A stretch of 64,000 bases of DNA from Azolla caroliniana. Its lineage: Eukaryota > Plantae > Polypodiophyta. The stretch covers positions 13,578,001 to 13,642,000 of the forward strand of contig JBHGNT010000020.1 of NCBI GenBank assembly GCA_043228905.1, read 5' to 3'. The notes under the pieces are model-generated. The model made no database searches. It saw only the letters and a program-made list of their open reading frames with translations, and was not told where the DNA came from. Within the stretch, counting starts at the first letter, position 1. Each line of letters opens with the position of its first letter. This document shows, in pieces, positions 48,079 through 61,285 of this stretch. Made by a program: the position numbers and the translations under genes.

Positions 48079-49474
48079 ATATGGATGTAGCTCAGTTGGT
48101 GTTTCGAGAAATATTGCCTAACTTAATTTTCTCTATTTTTTTTATAACTAATGGAAGGAGTTTTTTTTGGAAAAAATAAAAAATAAAAATAAAAATAAAA
48201 AATCTCTATTTTTAGGGCTTTACATAATACTTTTGAAACCAGGGTTTTAAACAAAATATATTAGCTTGTTAAGAGGGGATGTTACTCAAATGAAAATATC
48301 CATCATTTTTTTATGTGGAATTCAGTGCCACTATAATCTATTGCATCCTTAAATCAAATTAACAATAGGAGGAACATTTAAATGCAATGGTTATCATTAG
48401 GATTATCAATATCGAATTGACAACCTACGGATCCATGAGACACATTTTTTATCTTTGTGGATAGTGTGTTTGTTATATGGTTTAAACAACATTTTATCCA
48501 TGCTAACCACAAGCATCGAGAAGATTCTCTAAGTTGTGTGCCTAGAGACACATGTGTCTATTTCTAACGAACCCCTATCTTTAATTCTCTAATGTGACAT
48601 AAAGCTGATGCTTTTACATTATGCATTATACCATATAATGTTGGCTTACTATTTGATTTAAATGGATTCCAAATATAATTGGGCTTTGTATATCTATTCT
48701 TTTGTTTTTATTCTAATGCAAATGTTTACCACTTTGGGTCTCCACGATGGAAACAATTATGTCTAACACTAATATTTTTATTCACATTCAAGACCATGTT
48801 ACATGCAAACCTTTTGAGGTCAAATGGACAAACAATGGCAAAAGTTGGTGCTTAATTAAGGTTATGGGCTCCTGACTCCAACACTAGGTTTGATGTTATA
48901 TTCCCCATATAACAAAGTCTTGAAGTTCTTAACAATAATTTCATGAATACAATACCATTACAATCCTATTTGAGATGCTTAAGAAGAGGTATTTACACTT
49001 TTACGTTCGCCATAAAAATGTCTTCAGTGTTTTAGTTTGAGACCATACAAACTAGCAATTTGCTCGGTAAAAATATGTCTTTACAGATTCACTTTCTCAT
49101 AACACTCCCTACAAAAAAAAGGTCTTCGGATTTCCCGCTTGGGCGGTCTTCTCCAAATTTTCAAATTCATTGTCCACAAGAGTCACCTTGAGATTGTACA
49201 CATTGTCTCCGAAAAATATGGCTTTAAAATTTACTCCCCTTATAACCCGAGGCGTTGAAATCTATATTGTTGCCTTCTTAACCCAAGGGTCCAAATATTT
49301 ATGGGCAGAAAAAAGTGATAAACAAGTACAAACTAGATTGAATATTTAGAAGGGCTTTGATTGAAACTTGAAAATTTGATATCAAACGAGAACTTTGTTA
49401 TCAATGCATCATATGTCAACGGATATATTGAAATTAGCAGCCATCCATAATTGGGGTCAACGATCTATTAACAT

Positions 49475-49788
49475 TGTTTTCTCTTGTTGATTATCAACTT
49501 GTAAACCATCCCACATCACCTTCAGAAAGGATATCCCAAATATTTGTTTGCAACAATTGTTTGTTGCCCATCTAGTGTGCAATAAAGTGGAAAACTAGAC
49601 ATTTCTAATTGGGTTTTGAAGCCATTTTTAGTGTTTTCTCTTGTTGATTATCAACTTGTAAACCATCCCACATCACCTTCTGAAAGGATATCCCAAATAT
49701 TTGTTTGCAACAATTGTTCGTTGCCCATCTAGTATGCAATAAAGTGGAAAACTAGACATTTCTAATTGGGTTTTGAAGCCATTTTTAG
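49475..49788. repeat. 157-bp near-perfect tandem duplication
   Basis: 49475-49631 repeated at 49632-49788 with about 3 substitutions. Confidence 0.92.
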
Positions 49789-50311
49789 TACAAATAAATC
49801 TTTAAATCTAAACAATGAGATAGTGACATGCTATTTGTAAAGTTATTCAATTAACCTAAGGGGCACAATTATACTCAATGACGCAATTTTAAGATTCAAT
49901 TATTAGTCTGTTGATTGATGGATCCTCATATATTGTTTAATTTAGTATTGATTCCATTCTATAATCGATTATGTGTTTATTAACTCTTTATGTAATCTAT
50001 GTTGATATGTGGTACTGTGATACACGGTTATTACCTTTCAAATCCACTCTTACTTAATTGATATTATTTTTTCTACCAAGGTGTACGTGAGAGGTTGTGG
50101 GAAAGGACCAAGGTCAAAAGTGTTCGTGGTAGAATGTTACTCGAAGTGCATATCATCCTCCCAATAAGAATGTTAAGAGTAGGAAGTCAATTGGAACACC
50201 CTTAGGTAGTGTAAGATAGTCTAACCCTATAGTATTGTATTACGTTGTGTCTACTAAGCGTGTTTGTAAATATTGTGGAGAACATAAAAACCACAAATTG
50301 TGTAGATCAAC

Positions 50312-50731
50312 TAGCAATTGGCAACGATTCAGTTTGAGAGGGTCAAAACTGAACCATTAAAATATTTTGAAACCTGAACCGAACCCTTAAAACCGCGGTT
50401 TCATGTTTCGGTTTTGGTTTTCAAGTTAGGTCAAAATTTAAAATTTTTACAATTAAAACATTTCATTATTTTAAAATTTTAAAATTTTAAAGAATTTCCT
50501 AAAATGTGGGAATAAGGCCTAAAAATGAAAAGATTGTTTAAAAACAAATTTTTTTTAAATGTTTTAAAATTTAAAAACCGTTTAACCGTTTAAACCGCAG
50601 TTTCTAACTATTGAAACCAAACCTTTTAAAAAACTTGAACTTGAATCGAACCAAACCGTTTAAACCGTTAAGTCGTTAAACCACGGTTTCGCAGTTCGGT
50701 TCAGTTCAAACCAAACCGTTGCCGACTGTTA
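50312..50731. mobile_element. Complete 420-bp hAT-type MITE
   Basis: Imperfect TIRs tagcaattggcaacgatt / aaccgttgccgactgtta. 8-bp TSD AGATCAAC at 50304-50311 and 50732-50739. Subterminal aaaccg arrays. Confidence 0.88.
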
Positions 50732-53435
50732 AGATCAACATATACAACCAAAACCAATGACGATGGCAAAAAATAGTCGACATCAACAACCAACTAAGCA
50801 TCGAGTTCAACATTTCAATTGTGATATTTGTATCATGAAGAGTATCATTAACCCTTGCAAGCTCAATTGTGCATGTTGTGATTGTGACCATTGAAAGGCA
50901 TAGATAATCATTTTGGAACTTGGGCCATGTAACCGAACCAAATTCTCTTTAACTTGAATTTGCACAAGAAATAATTGTTTGCATTAGCTTCCAATAGTTA
51001 CAATAGAGCCTAGGAGTCAAGTATTTATAAAGTTGTTCTCACTTCATGTGTCAGATATATGAACATATGGGATGTGTTCATATACATAACAATTAATTTG
51101 GTGGCTTCTCATTGCATATGCAAGGATGGGAGATGCTCTAACAAGTGTATGCCACTTTCTTATGTGAATTTCTAACCACATTTTCTAGCTCTTGAACTTG
51201 GAGACCAAACAATTACAAACATTTTGGAATCTATATATCGCCTTCTTTAATTGCAAGATAACTTTTTGTCAGTACAAGTTTAGCTTATGATGTTTTTGGA
51301 AGCCCCATCATAACGAATATTTCTGAAAGAATCGACAAGAAGTTCCTTTAATAATTGCTTATTTTGACCCATTGGAACACATGCATAAACCATTGTTTGG
51401 GGGGTGGGGGGGGCAATGGTTCTAGATAAGCTCCATTCATGGATCATCATGGAACACGTTCGGTAGAAAATTGAGTTTTGGGAATGCGACAACTATTAAG
51501 TCAAGTCTCGTATAACTTGTCTGCCCAATGCTTTCATACCTCTAAATTTGTAACTACATCCTACATCTTTTGTGATTTGGGGTCCATTAAAAACTAATGT
51601 GTTAGGGCACTTTTTAGTAGAAAATGAACAAAAGTTATTTCCTAACTCTGTTTCTAGTTTGGGTTTATCTTTGTGTTGAAAGGGAGTTTAACCTTGGATA
51701 ACAAACAAACCAAAGAAAAGGCAATTCTCCATTTCAATGTTTTATCTTACGCAACGTAAAACCCTAAGCGTTAAACATGATTTCATGTAACCCATTACTA
51801 AGGGAGAGAAAGAGAAGACATAGAAAACGATCTTACCATTACATCACAACCAAGTGAGAGAGAGAAGTAGAGGTACTAACATCTTTGAAGACGCCAACAC
51901 GGCCTATCATACGAAAATAATTTACATCTTATAAGATTTATTTGCTCTCCCTCTTTTAACTGACTTGTTCAAGTAAATACGACAATGACAGGTTAGATTG
52001 AGACTATGCCCTTGGATTCTATGATTCCACATAACATGATGAGTTCCACATAACAATGAGATACTTGGATAACCATCCAAAAGACCACATAACAACCAAA
52101 TAACAAATGTCTTATACACACCTTATTTTTTATTGATCATAGATGACAACTCATTTTTTGCAGACCATTTTGTAATTCCTCGGAAGCATAAATTGGGCAG
52201 TTGATAGCAATGAGAAGTTTGCTCGTGGAAAGTCCTACGAGTTGGACACAAACAATAACAAGTTCAAATATTGCACATTGTCCAAAACAAAAGAGAAAAG
52301 GGTGTATATTCACATCAATTGCATGCCCTAAGCCCCTTTAACCATTGGATTTGTTTTGAGCCATGTGAACTAATTGTCTACGAACATTATCTCTTGTTAC
52401 CTTTGGGCTCGAAAATGAATAGAAGTTATTGAGAAGTTGGCATGTGTCATCTTCATTTCCCTTGTACCTCCTTTGCTTTTTATTTGAGGTAGGTGTGCAT
52501 AATTTATGACTTCTTTAATGCAAATTGAAGGGTAGTGATAAGAATTGAGCTTTAGAACACATTGTAAGAATGCATTGATTTCTCAATGCCACTCATCACA
52601 ACACTTCAGTTTAATGGAGAATCGTCATCACAAAATCCTTTGTCAAGAGAACCTCACGTTAAAAGTGTAAAATCTATGCATTGTCTTCCAAGCTTTTAAA
52701 ATTGATATACTTGGCAAGATTAGTCTCTTGAAAATCACTAAATTCCTGAGGACTTGAATTTCATAAGTGTAACGTATTTTAAGAGCGTATTTTCAAGAGA
52801 AGAATGTATGAATATTCGGTAACCATCATCCATATTTGTTGAAATGGTTTATTTAGCACAATGTCTTCATTATTTTTGCAAATGTGTTTAAAGCGTCATT
52901 CCTCAATCATTCCAAATGAAAAAACTTCATTAAAAGCTCTTAGTGTGTGTTAGAACATAACATTAACCAAATAGAAATCCGTCCACCTTATCTTCCTTTT
53001 TAGAGTAAAAAGTAAAGTAAAATTTTGAGCTTAAAAAATCCAATAGTCTTTATTATTTTTCTCTCTTATTCATTATGATGTAGTACATGGCACTAGAGTT
53101 TCAACAACATTTAAGAGTTTCCTTTCATAATGCTATTAAAACATTTAGTGGGACAATGCTTCTTTTTACAATACTTTTCGCTTTCGCATTCTAGCATTAA
53201 ACATGTCTTGTCCTGCTTTTTGTGTGTGTCTGGAGGGGGGTGATGACATGGCTATGCTTGGTCAAATGAGTACACACACTTATTATCATGAACCTATTGA
53301 GCAATATATACTAAAAGGCTTTGGATATCTATGTGATGATGAAGATATAGTCTTTAGTAGTTCATTGATAGAGCTATAACCTTACACTTAGCTCTTCTAG
53401 ATCTAAATACAAGAGGATGATATAACCAATCCATC

Positions 53436-55088
53436 ATGGGTCACAATGATGGTTTCCCTATAGAGAGGCATTATCGTGTGGACGAAGTTTCTACCATGTC
53501 TTTTGATGCCTATCAGAGCTATGGAGGGCACAGTAGTGTTGGGTCCAACAATTCCACCACCCCAATGCTCGGTGTTGAGCCTAATAATGATTCTAATCCA
53601 GACTTGATGAGAAATACTAGCAAGAAGTTAAGGCATAGACTTACAGATGATGCCCTCTCGAATGCACTCTTTGATAATGGGTCATGTGTAGAAGGAATTC
53701 GAGGATATGAGAATTGGGTGATTGACCTAAGTAGGTTGACATTGGGCCCGGCTTTTGCGCAAGGTGCCTTTGGTAGGCTCTACAAAGGTACATATGCTTC
53801 CGGAAAGGATGTTGGTGTGAAAATACTTGAACGACCGCCCAATAATCCTCTTCGTGCCCAAATGCTTGAGAATCAATTCTCGAAAGAGGTTGCTATGCTT
53901 GCTACCCTAAAGCACGAGAATGTGGTCCAATTTGTTGGGTATTGTAGAAAGCCCTTGGTGTGGTGTATAGTGACTGAATACGCGAAAGGTGGTTCCTTAA
54001 GAGCTTTCCTTGTCAAACGTCGAGCTATATCTTTGCGACTCTCGATGAAATATGCCCTTGAGATCGCACGTGGAATGGCATATTTGCATAGCTTTGGTGT
54101 CATCCATAGAGATTTGAAGTCGGATAATCTTTTGATGGTTGATAATTCTATAAAGATCGCGGATTTTGGAGCTGCAAGGATTGAATCCCAAGATGAAATT
54201 ATGACCCCGGAAACCGGGACTTATGCTTGGATGGCACCGTAAGTGTCTTTCGCTTCTTTTCCATGACTTTTGGCACAATGCTTGTAATGCACAAGTCACA
54301 TACTCACATAACCATGAGTTAGGTTTGGGGTAAGACCCATTTGCCTATGGATGGTTATGCCCTATACACATTATTATTTGTGCAATATTTTATTATTGTT
54401 CGATCAAGATTAATCTAATCAATTACATTGTTAATATCATGATATAAGTGTAAGTTGAGCTTCTATCTCTCAACATAACAAATTTATGTTGGGATGTGTT
54501 TGAGGTTTTGTGGAACACAGTAATTGTGGATTGTAGTTTATCTATAAGTATGCACATATATGTATTCTATTATGCATAGAAAATATGTTTTGTAATGTGT
54601 ATGAGGTTGCAAATGTATATTATTCGTAGTGTGTCTAGAGAGCATGAACCATCCTAAACCTATTATTAATGTGATGTGTCTAATTTACATGGAATTACAT
54701 ACAATTCGATTTCTAACCTTTGTTTTCGTATATATCTTTAAACAGGGAAATGATTCAGCATCGTCCCTACAACAATAAAATTGATGTTTATAGTTTCGGA
54801 ATAGTTTTATGGGAACTAATCACAGGAAACCTCCCTTTCCAAAACATGACTGGGGTTCAAATGGTATCAGCAGTTTTGAATGGAGTGAGACCAGAGATCC
54901 CGCCAAACATTCCACCCACGCTTGCATACATTATGACACATTGTTGGGATTCGAACCCCGATGTAAGGCCACCTTTTTCAGAAATTATACAATTGTTAGA
55001 GGTTGCTCAAGAGGTGGTCCTTAGAACAGTTGGAACTGCGAAATTCCGAGGATGCGGATGTATAGCTTTGTCTCCTACCCTAGATTAA
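53436..55088 (+). CDS. Group C Raf-like / STY13-type Ser/Thr/Tyr protein kinase, 2 exons, 381 aa
   Basis: Exons 53436-54238 and 54746-55088 (GT-AG). [57 protein letters not shown]. Confidence 0.92.
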
Positions 55089-55812
55089 TATGCATGTTTG
55101 GTTTTACATGTATATTTTTTCGACAAAAAGCTCCTCTTCGACAAACTCTTTATGACATGGCATCTTTTGAGTACAAAAAGTTTGTAACTTCTTCATATCC
55201 ACAACAAAAGCTTTGTAACATCTTCTTATCCACTGACATTTCATCATAGAAAGGAATTGACAAAACTTAACACTTTTGCGAGTATTATTAACCCACATTA
55301 TGTAGAGGCTAGCGCTCCTAGTGAGACTGATTCCAAAAGGGCTGGCAAACCTAATTATTTAGAATACTGAGGTACCTTTGCTTTTGATTATTACAAAGTA
55401 TGTGATGCATCGGGTATCGAATGAAGTTTAGTTTTGTTATATGATCATGTGCCTTTGAATTGTTCTATTTTGAAGTAAGATTTCAATCTTCAAGAGATGA
55501 TAGCATTTGATAACATGTGTTACCATGGGTATGTTCATAAGGATTTTATCCATTAAGACAGTAACAATATCGAGTATATTCACGCAAAAGAGCACACTTC
55601 CTCCTAGAAAGCAATGTAAATGTATGGGGTTATCCCTCTTAGCGCGGCTCCAATTTGAAGGAATAAAAACAATCCCAATGGCCTCATCATACTTTTCAAA
55701 TAGTTTGATATTACCAAGGCTTTGCAACATATAAAAAAGAGACCATGCACATGCTTTAAGGTAACGAGTACAATGTTCTTGTGGGTGATTGATTCATCTT
55801 TAATTGCCCCTT

Positions 55813-56156
55813 TTGAGTGTTTAATGCATACATACATGATACTCATCACCCCATTTGAAACAAGTATGCACATTTGATGATCTACTAATGATGATGTTTC
55901 GGGCCTAGGCTATCCAAAGTAAAAAAATAATGTGGTAATTGAGTGTTTAATGCATACATACATGATACTCATCACCCCATTTGAAATAAGTATGCACATT
56001 TGATGATCTACTAATGATGATGTTTCGGGCCTAGGCTATCCAAAGTAAAAAAATAATGTGGTAATTGAGTGTTTAATGCATACATACATGATACTAATCA
56101 CCCCATTTGAAATAAGTATGCACATTTGATGATCTACTAATGATGATGTTTAGGGC
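55813..56156. repeat. 126-bp tandem repeat (about 2.7 units) between the convergent kinase and TGA genes
   Basis: Units start at 55813, 55939 and 56065 (ttgagtgtttaatgcatac..). Confidence 0.92.
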
Positions 56157-56841
56157 TTACTACATGTTGCACCAACTGTTTCGAACATCGACTGAGCTGT
56201 GTTGTAAGCTTAGGGAATGACCTAATTTAATGATCATGTTTCGATTGCCCAAAGTAAAAACGATAGTGTGGTTAAAAATGTCATTATCCATCATGAATTT
56301 CTAGCATAGGATTGCATTTTACATACCAGGATCAGGGCTAATACAAATCAAACATGGACATCCCACATACACAACATCTAGATAATCCAATAACATTTGG
56401 ATTAGATGGTAAACGAGCAACATTTCAAACTTAACACCATTTACTTCATAAGAATATAAATATAAAGAGATGCTTCTTTCCTCATACCCGAATGATTCCA
56501 ACACTGAAGATTGGTATTACACGACAAAGTGTTCCAAAATACAATATATTACAAAACGTTTCCATTGAGGGTCCTCTCTTTAAAGAGGCAGCGACACAAA
56601 TGCGTCGGGGTAAGTATTACATTTTTCTTCATTCACAAAAAAAGGAATGAAAAGTGTACTAGTAGAATGACTGAAATGTTATGCCGTGCTCTCAAAAACT
56701 ATCTAAAGAACAATTCAGATAGATACACCTTGTCCTAAAGTAGGCCATCTACAACCTTTTGAATCCATTTGGATATATCATCAAAAAATGTCATTCATCT
56801 TGCGATAACTACTAATGATGCATCTATGCATTAACAAGAGG

Positions 56842-59800
56842 CTACTCCCGAGGTCGGGCAATCCAGAGTGAGCTGAGTGCTCGTAATCGAGAGAAATAAT
56901 CCCCCATTGCAAGTAAACCCCTTGCCGCTTGATGAGTTGTCAAAACACGATGCATTTGTTGCAATGTTTGCTGCCGAAGATTGTCAGCCTGCCAAACAAA
57001 CCATTCCTATATTATTAGCATCAATGGTTTTATGTAGATACATGCAAATGCATGCATCGTACTGAAACCATCCATGTTAATGTATCATTAATTTTCTACC
57101 TCAATACAATGCACATTAGAGAAATTATCCATTTTTATCATCAAGTTTATGCAATCAATACTAATGCACATCAAGAAGCCCTTCATTTATCATCAGAATT
57201 TTCGTAAATTATAAATGAGAGGGAATTTGCATCACTTTATTTCTCCTTTTCAGGGTTGGGACTGTGCTAATGTTTCAGAATGTTTCAGTAAGAAAAATTA
57301 TTGAAACAAAAAATAAGAACACCTAATTCGTTTTTAGAAACACAATGGGCATTCTGGTAATTTTCTAAAAACAAAACATCATTCTCATAAATAATCAATA
57401 ACTGGAAGGACACCTTGTGTGTTTTTCCTAAAGTAATGCCTAAGGACACAAAAGGCATTGCTATAAAATTGGATAATGAAAACAGGACACAATGGTATTT
57501 TAGATTCTAAAAAGGATTTCAGTAAATACAACAAAATCCTGAGGGAAAATACTACCTGCCGAACAAAATTCTCCAATGTGCCTAATTTCCCCATTGCCAT
57601 GGCCATTTGCCCCATGTAATTAGCTACATTTGGAGCTGCCAACGAAGTTGCCGATAAAGTATCAGCAAGGTTCTGCTGTAGTGCTTCCATTCCTTGAGAT
57701 AACGCATCTTCTGCTTGTTGTGATGATTGTTGCAAGTTACACACAGCTAGAAGTTGCTGCTCCGTAAGAGGTTCAATCTGAGGAATGAGGATCTGGCAAC
57801 ATTTAAAAAACAAAATCCAAAAGACAAGGTTAAATAATCATAATTTTCATGCTGATTCATTGCACATAGTGCACCCCCAAAGATATTACTACTTAACATT
57901 GTATATATATCTTCTATTTTTGCCAATAAACAAGCAGAGATATACCTTTAAAAGCTCAGAAGGGCGAAAACCACCCATCCACATGAAACACCTCTCTGCT
58001 GGTGTTTTCCACATTCCAGAAACAATATGGAATACATCCGCCTTTACAGCAACTCCTTTAAGTCGGAAAAGCTCATCGTAATGAGCCATTCCAGCATCAA
58101 CAAGACTCCGCATCTCATTGTCAGTCACATGAGTATTCAAGGCTGACCTAAGTTCCGAGAGCTTCCTATTTTGCTCTTCAAGCCATCGTGCATAGTCCAT
58201 GTTAAATATTGCCGCACCTTCAAAAGAAAGAGAGATCAGAAAAACAAGTAATCATAGACAATATATCACAATACAAGCCCATCAAAGCAAAAGGTGCCAT
58301 ATATTACTTTTGAGTCTTTAATCACAAATAATGTGATTTGAACATACCTCTTCCAGAATCCCCACCAGAATTAGCACCAAGGTGGAGTCCCTATATGAGA
58401 GAATGCAACAGATCAGAAAAGTACAAAAGAGACGGCAAATCACTAATATTTTTAATATTTACAAGTATATCACCAACTTTTAAAAAAACTCCAATATACT
58501 AGCTTATAGCAGAAAACTCACACAAATAAGTAGTCTCGTTAATTTGGTGACAACCAAAAACATCGGGAAGTATAAGATATTATTTTTACCCATCCCAGAG
58601 ATAAATACTCCAATCATAATTTTATATTACAGATATAATTCCAATTGTGAATTCAAAAGTATAATAACTATATGTTTTGACAACTGTACAATTACAAAAT
58701 ATTTTCACCTGTTGTCGAGCACGGTCAAGCTCTTGTTCGATTTGACTTAACTTCATCCTACTTGTCTCCAATTGTTGAACATATGCCTATAGTCATGAGT
58801 GCAATACATTAGGATCCCATCTTAACTGTTAGCACTTCTTTGAATATTAAAATATACATCAATTGAAAGAAACCAAATACCTTCTTTCTAAGACGACTCT
58901 TGCGAGCAGCTTCACGGTTTTGTGCCAGCCGCCTTAGTACCTAAGTACCATGCAAAAAATAAGAAGATTCATAGAAGGTTAGAGAGTCAAAAAGATAATT
59001 ATATGAAAAGATTAGGTGGTGGTATTCTAATGAGGAGAAAAACTACCTTGGAATCCGTAATTTTAGTTCTATCATGATCAGAAGATTTGGATAGGACTAC
59101 CATCTCACCGCGGTTCCCTTCCAACTGAGAATATATTCAAAATGACATTCATTTAAGAGTTAGATTTTAGCGTTGCCTTCCTTGCTAAATCTAAATGTGC
59201 CTCTTTGTGTAATTGGGTACATTTCAAAATTAAACACCTACCCTTTCATCTTTTCCTTCTCCCTCAAGGCTTCCCGAGGTCTCAGTTCGAGGGCTAGTTT
59301 CTGCCCAATCTTGAAAATGAGTTGCCGAAGGCGCGTCAAAATTCATGATAGTCTGTTGATTGAAAGACTTCACCCCAGTTTGGCAGTCATTACTTGTTGC
59401 TGATGGTGAGCTCACTTGCTATATATGCACATTACAACTACAAGGAATGAGCTCTTTGGGGAGGGAACATGATCTTCAAACTCTCCGCAAACATAATTCA
59501 TCGCATTTTCATACCTCGCATGTTATGGTGGGCACAAATGGTATTGCATTTGGAAGATTGCGATCATCAATATGATCTATGGAATAAAGAAATCAGCAAA
59601 AAGAAGAATACAAAAAAATTCAAACATATGGGAACAGATTGTGGGCATTTTAAAGTAGGAAATAAAAAGAGGCAGAAGGAGTAGTGAAAAACAAGTACTC
59701 ACTTTCATGAATTTGAGCATGAACAGAGCCAGAGCCAGAGCCATTGCATATGTTGTAGAGATCTGGGCAGTCTTTGAGAGGCTTCACTCCTTGGTGGTGG

Positions 59801-60720
59801 TTACTACTGAAAAATCAGCAAGGGAAAAGAAGAGAGTGTCAGGTTCAAGACAAGCAGAATTTGCTTGAATTTTTCCATTCAACACAGCTAAATGTTACAC
59901 ACGCATTGACTATGCAATAATGTGGTAGGGTATTATGTATGTGAAACACGCACAACCTTCATCAGGTGTCAAACATTATACAGCACAGACAGATTGACAG
60001 AAGTATGCATATAGGGAATTCACAAATGATCTGTTATCAAACACAAATGGTGCCTCTTAACCAAGGCTCTATATTTGTCGATATAAGAAAGAACATGTAC
60101 AAGCATCTACTGAATTGAGAATCAACAAGAGGTAAGCAAATGCAATCAGCACAATTCGGAAAACGGAGATTACATAGATACAGGTATATACTTGCAAAAT
60201 ATATGCATTAACACATACATATACAGGCAAAATATATGCATTAACACATACATATACAGACAAACATACACACACAGAAATCCATTAACATGTATACATA
60301 TATATACACAAATGTACATACACACACATTTAGAAACATATACACAAGTAGACATATGCATCCCCAGACATCAATTTATGCATACATATGCATACCAACA
60401 CATACATATATCGATATGCATTACCTAAACACACACACACATACATATATACATATGCATAGCTACACATTCACATAGACATGTGCATATCGACACATAC
60501 AAATACACATTCAAACGTATACATTCATAGAGCATATTTATACAGACATATACACACATTTACATTTATACGCACATATATGTATGTACATGGGCTTTGG
60601 AGAATAATTTACTCACATGAAGTGAGAGACATAAGCAGGAGAGAATGTCTGCTGCATCGAAGAGAATGGCATGTAGGCGGTGGTAGAATCAGATTCGATG
60701 TAGCCATTGGCCATAGGCAT
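56842..60720 (-). CDS. TGA: TGA-family bZIP transcription factor (bZIP + DOG1 domain), 11 coding exons, 453 aa
   Basis: Exons 60720-60617, 59806-59703, 59576-59515, 59418-59242, 59124-59047, 58940-58881, 58786-58709, 58390-58348, 58217-57946, 57792-57556, 56988-56842, all GT-AG and in frame. LRRLAQNREAARKSRLRKKAYVQQLE, SGMWKTPAERCFMWMGGFRPSEL, LRALSSLWIARPRE*. The first three exons are inferred from splice phase only. Confidence 0.92.
60170..60590. repeat. CA/TA-rich low-complexity tract in TGA intron 1
   Basis: Degenerate catacatatacaca arrays. Confidence 0.85.
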
Positions 60721-60949
60721 TCTTCACCATTACTTCTTTAGGTGAACAAAAACGAGAGAGAAAGAGAGGGCCAAGTTTTACTCTGTTCTTGGGAACAATT
60801 CTAGAGAGCACTTGGGTTATGCTGCATTGTATGTATGTATATATGTATGTATCTGAATGTCTTCTGCTTTTGCTTGGCTTGGCTTGTGGCCTGATAAACC
60901 CTACAAAAGAGGAATGCACAAAAGAAAGGGGGAGGGGCAATGGAACAGG

Positions 60950-61249
60950 GGAAGAGAGAGAGAGAAAGAGAGTCTTAGAGAATCTCTCTCTCTCTCTCTG
61001 AGTGTTGAAAGGCTTTATAGTGTGAGTGATGGGTGAATGAAGGAATGATGAAGAGAAAGAAAGGAAGAGGAGAATGATGGATGGATGGATGGATATTAAG
61101 CAAGCAGAGAGAGAGCATTAACTCCTTGTTGTGTGTTAAAATTAAAAGCAAGGCAAAAAAGACAGAAGGCAGAACAGAGCAGGGCAAGGCAAGGCATGGC
61201 ATGGCATGGCCTAAGCCTCAAGTTAAGCCTCAGCCTAAGCCTCTCTCTT

Positions 61250-61285
<36 letters not shown>
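60950..61285. repeat. GA/CT microsatellites in the TGA 5'-leader/promoter region
   Basis: (GA)n and (CT)n runs at ~60953-60999 and ~61241-61285. Confidence 0.85.

Noticed and set aside
48083-48100. ggatgtagctcagttggt, a tRNA-like 5' end
   Set aside because: A-box only, with no anticodon or T arm; not a tRNA gene.
55813-56156. CRISPR-like periodicity (also 49475-49788)
   Set aside because: Plain tandem repeats without unique spacers in a eukaryotic context.
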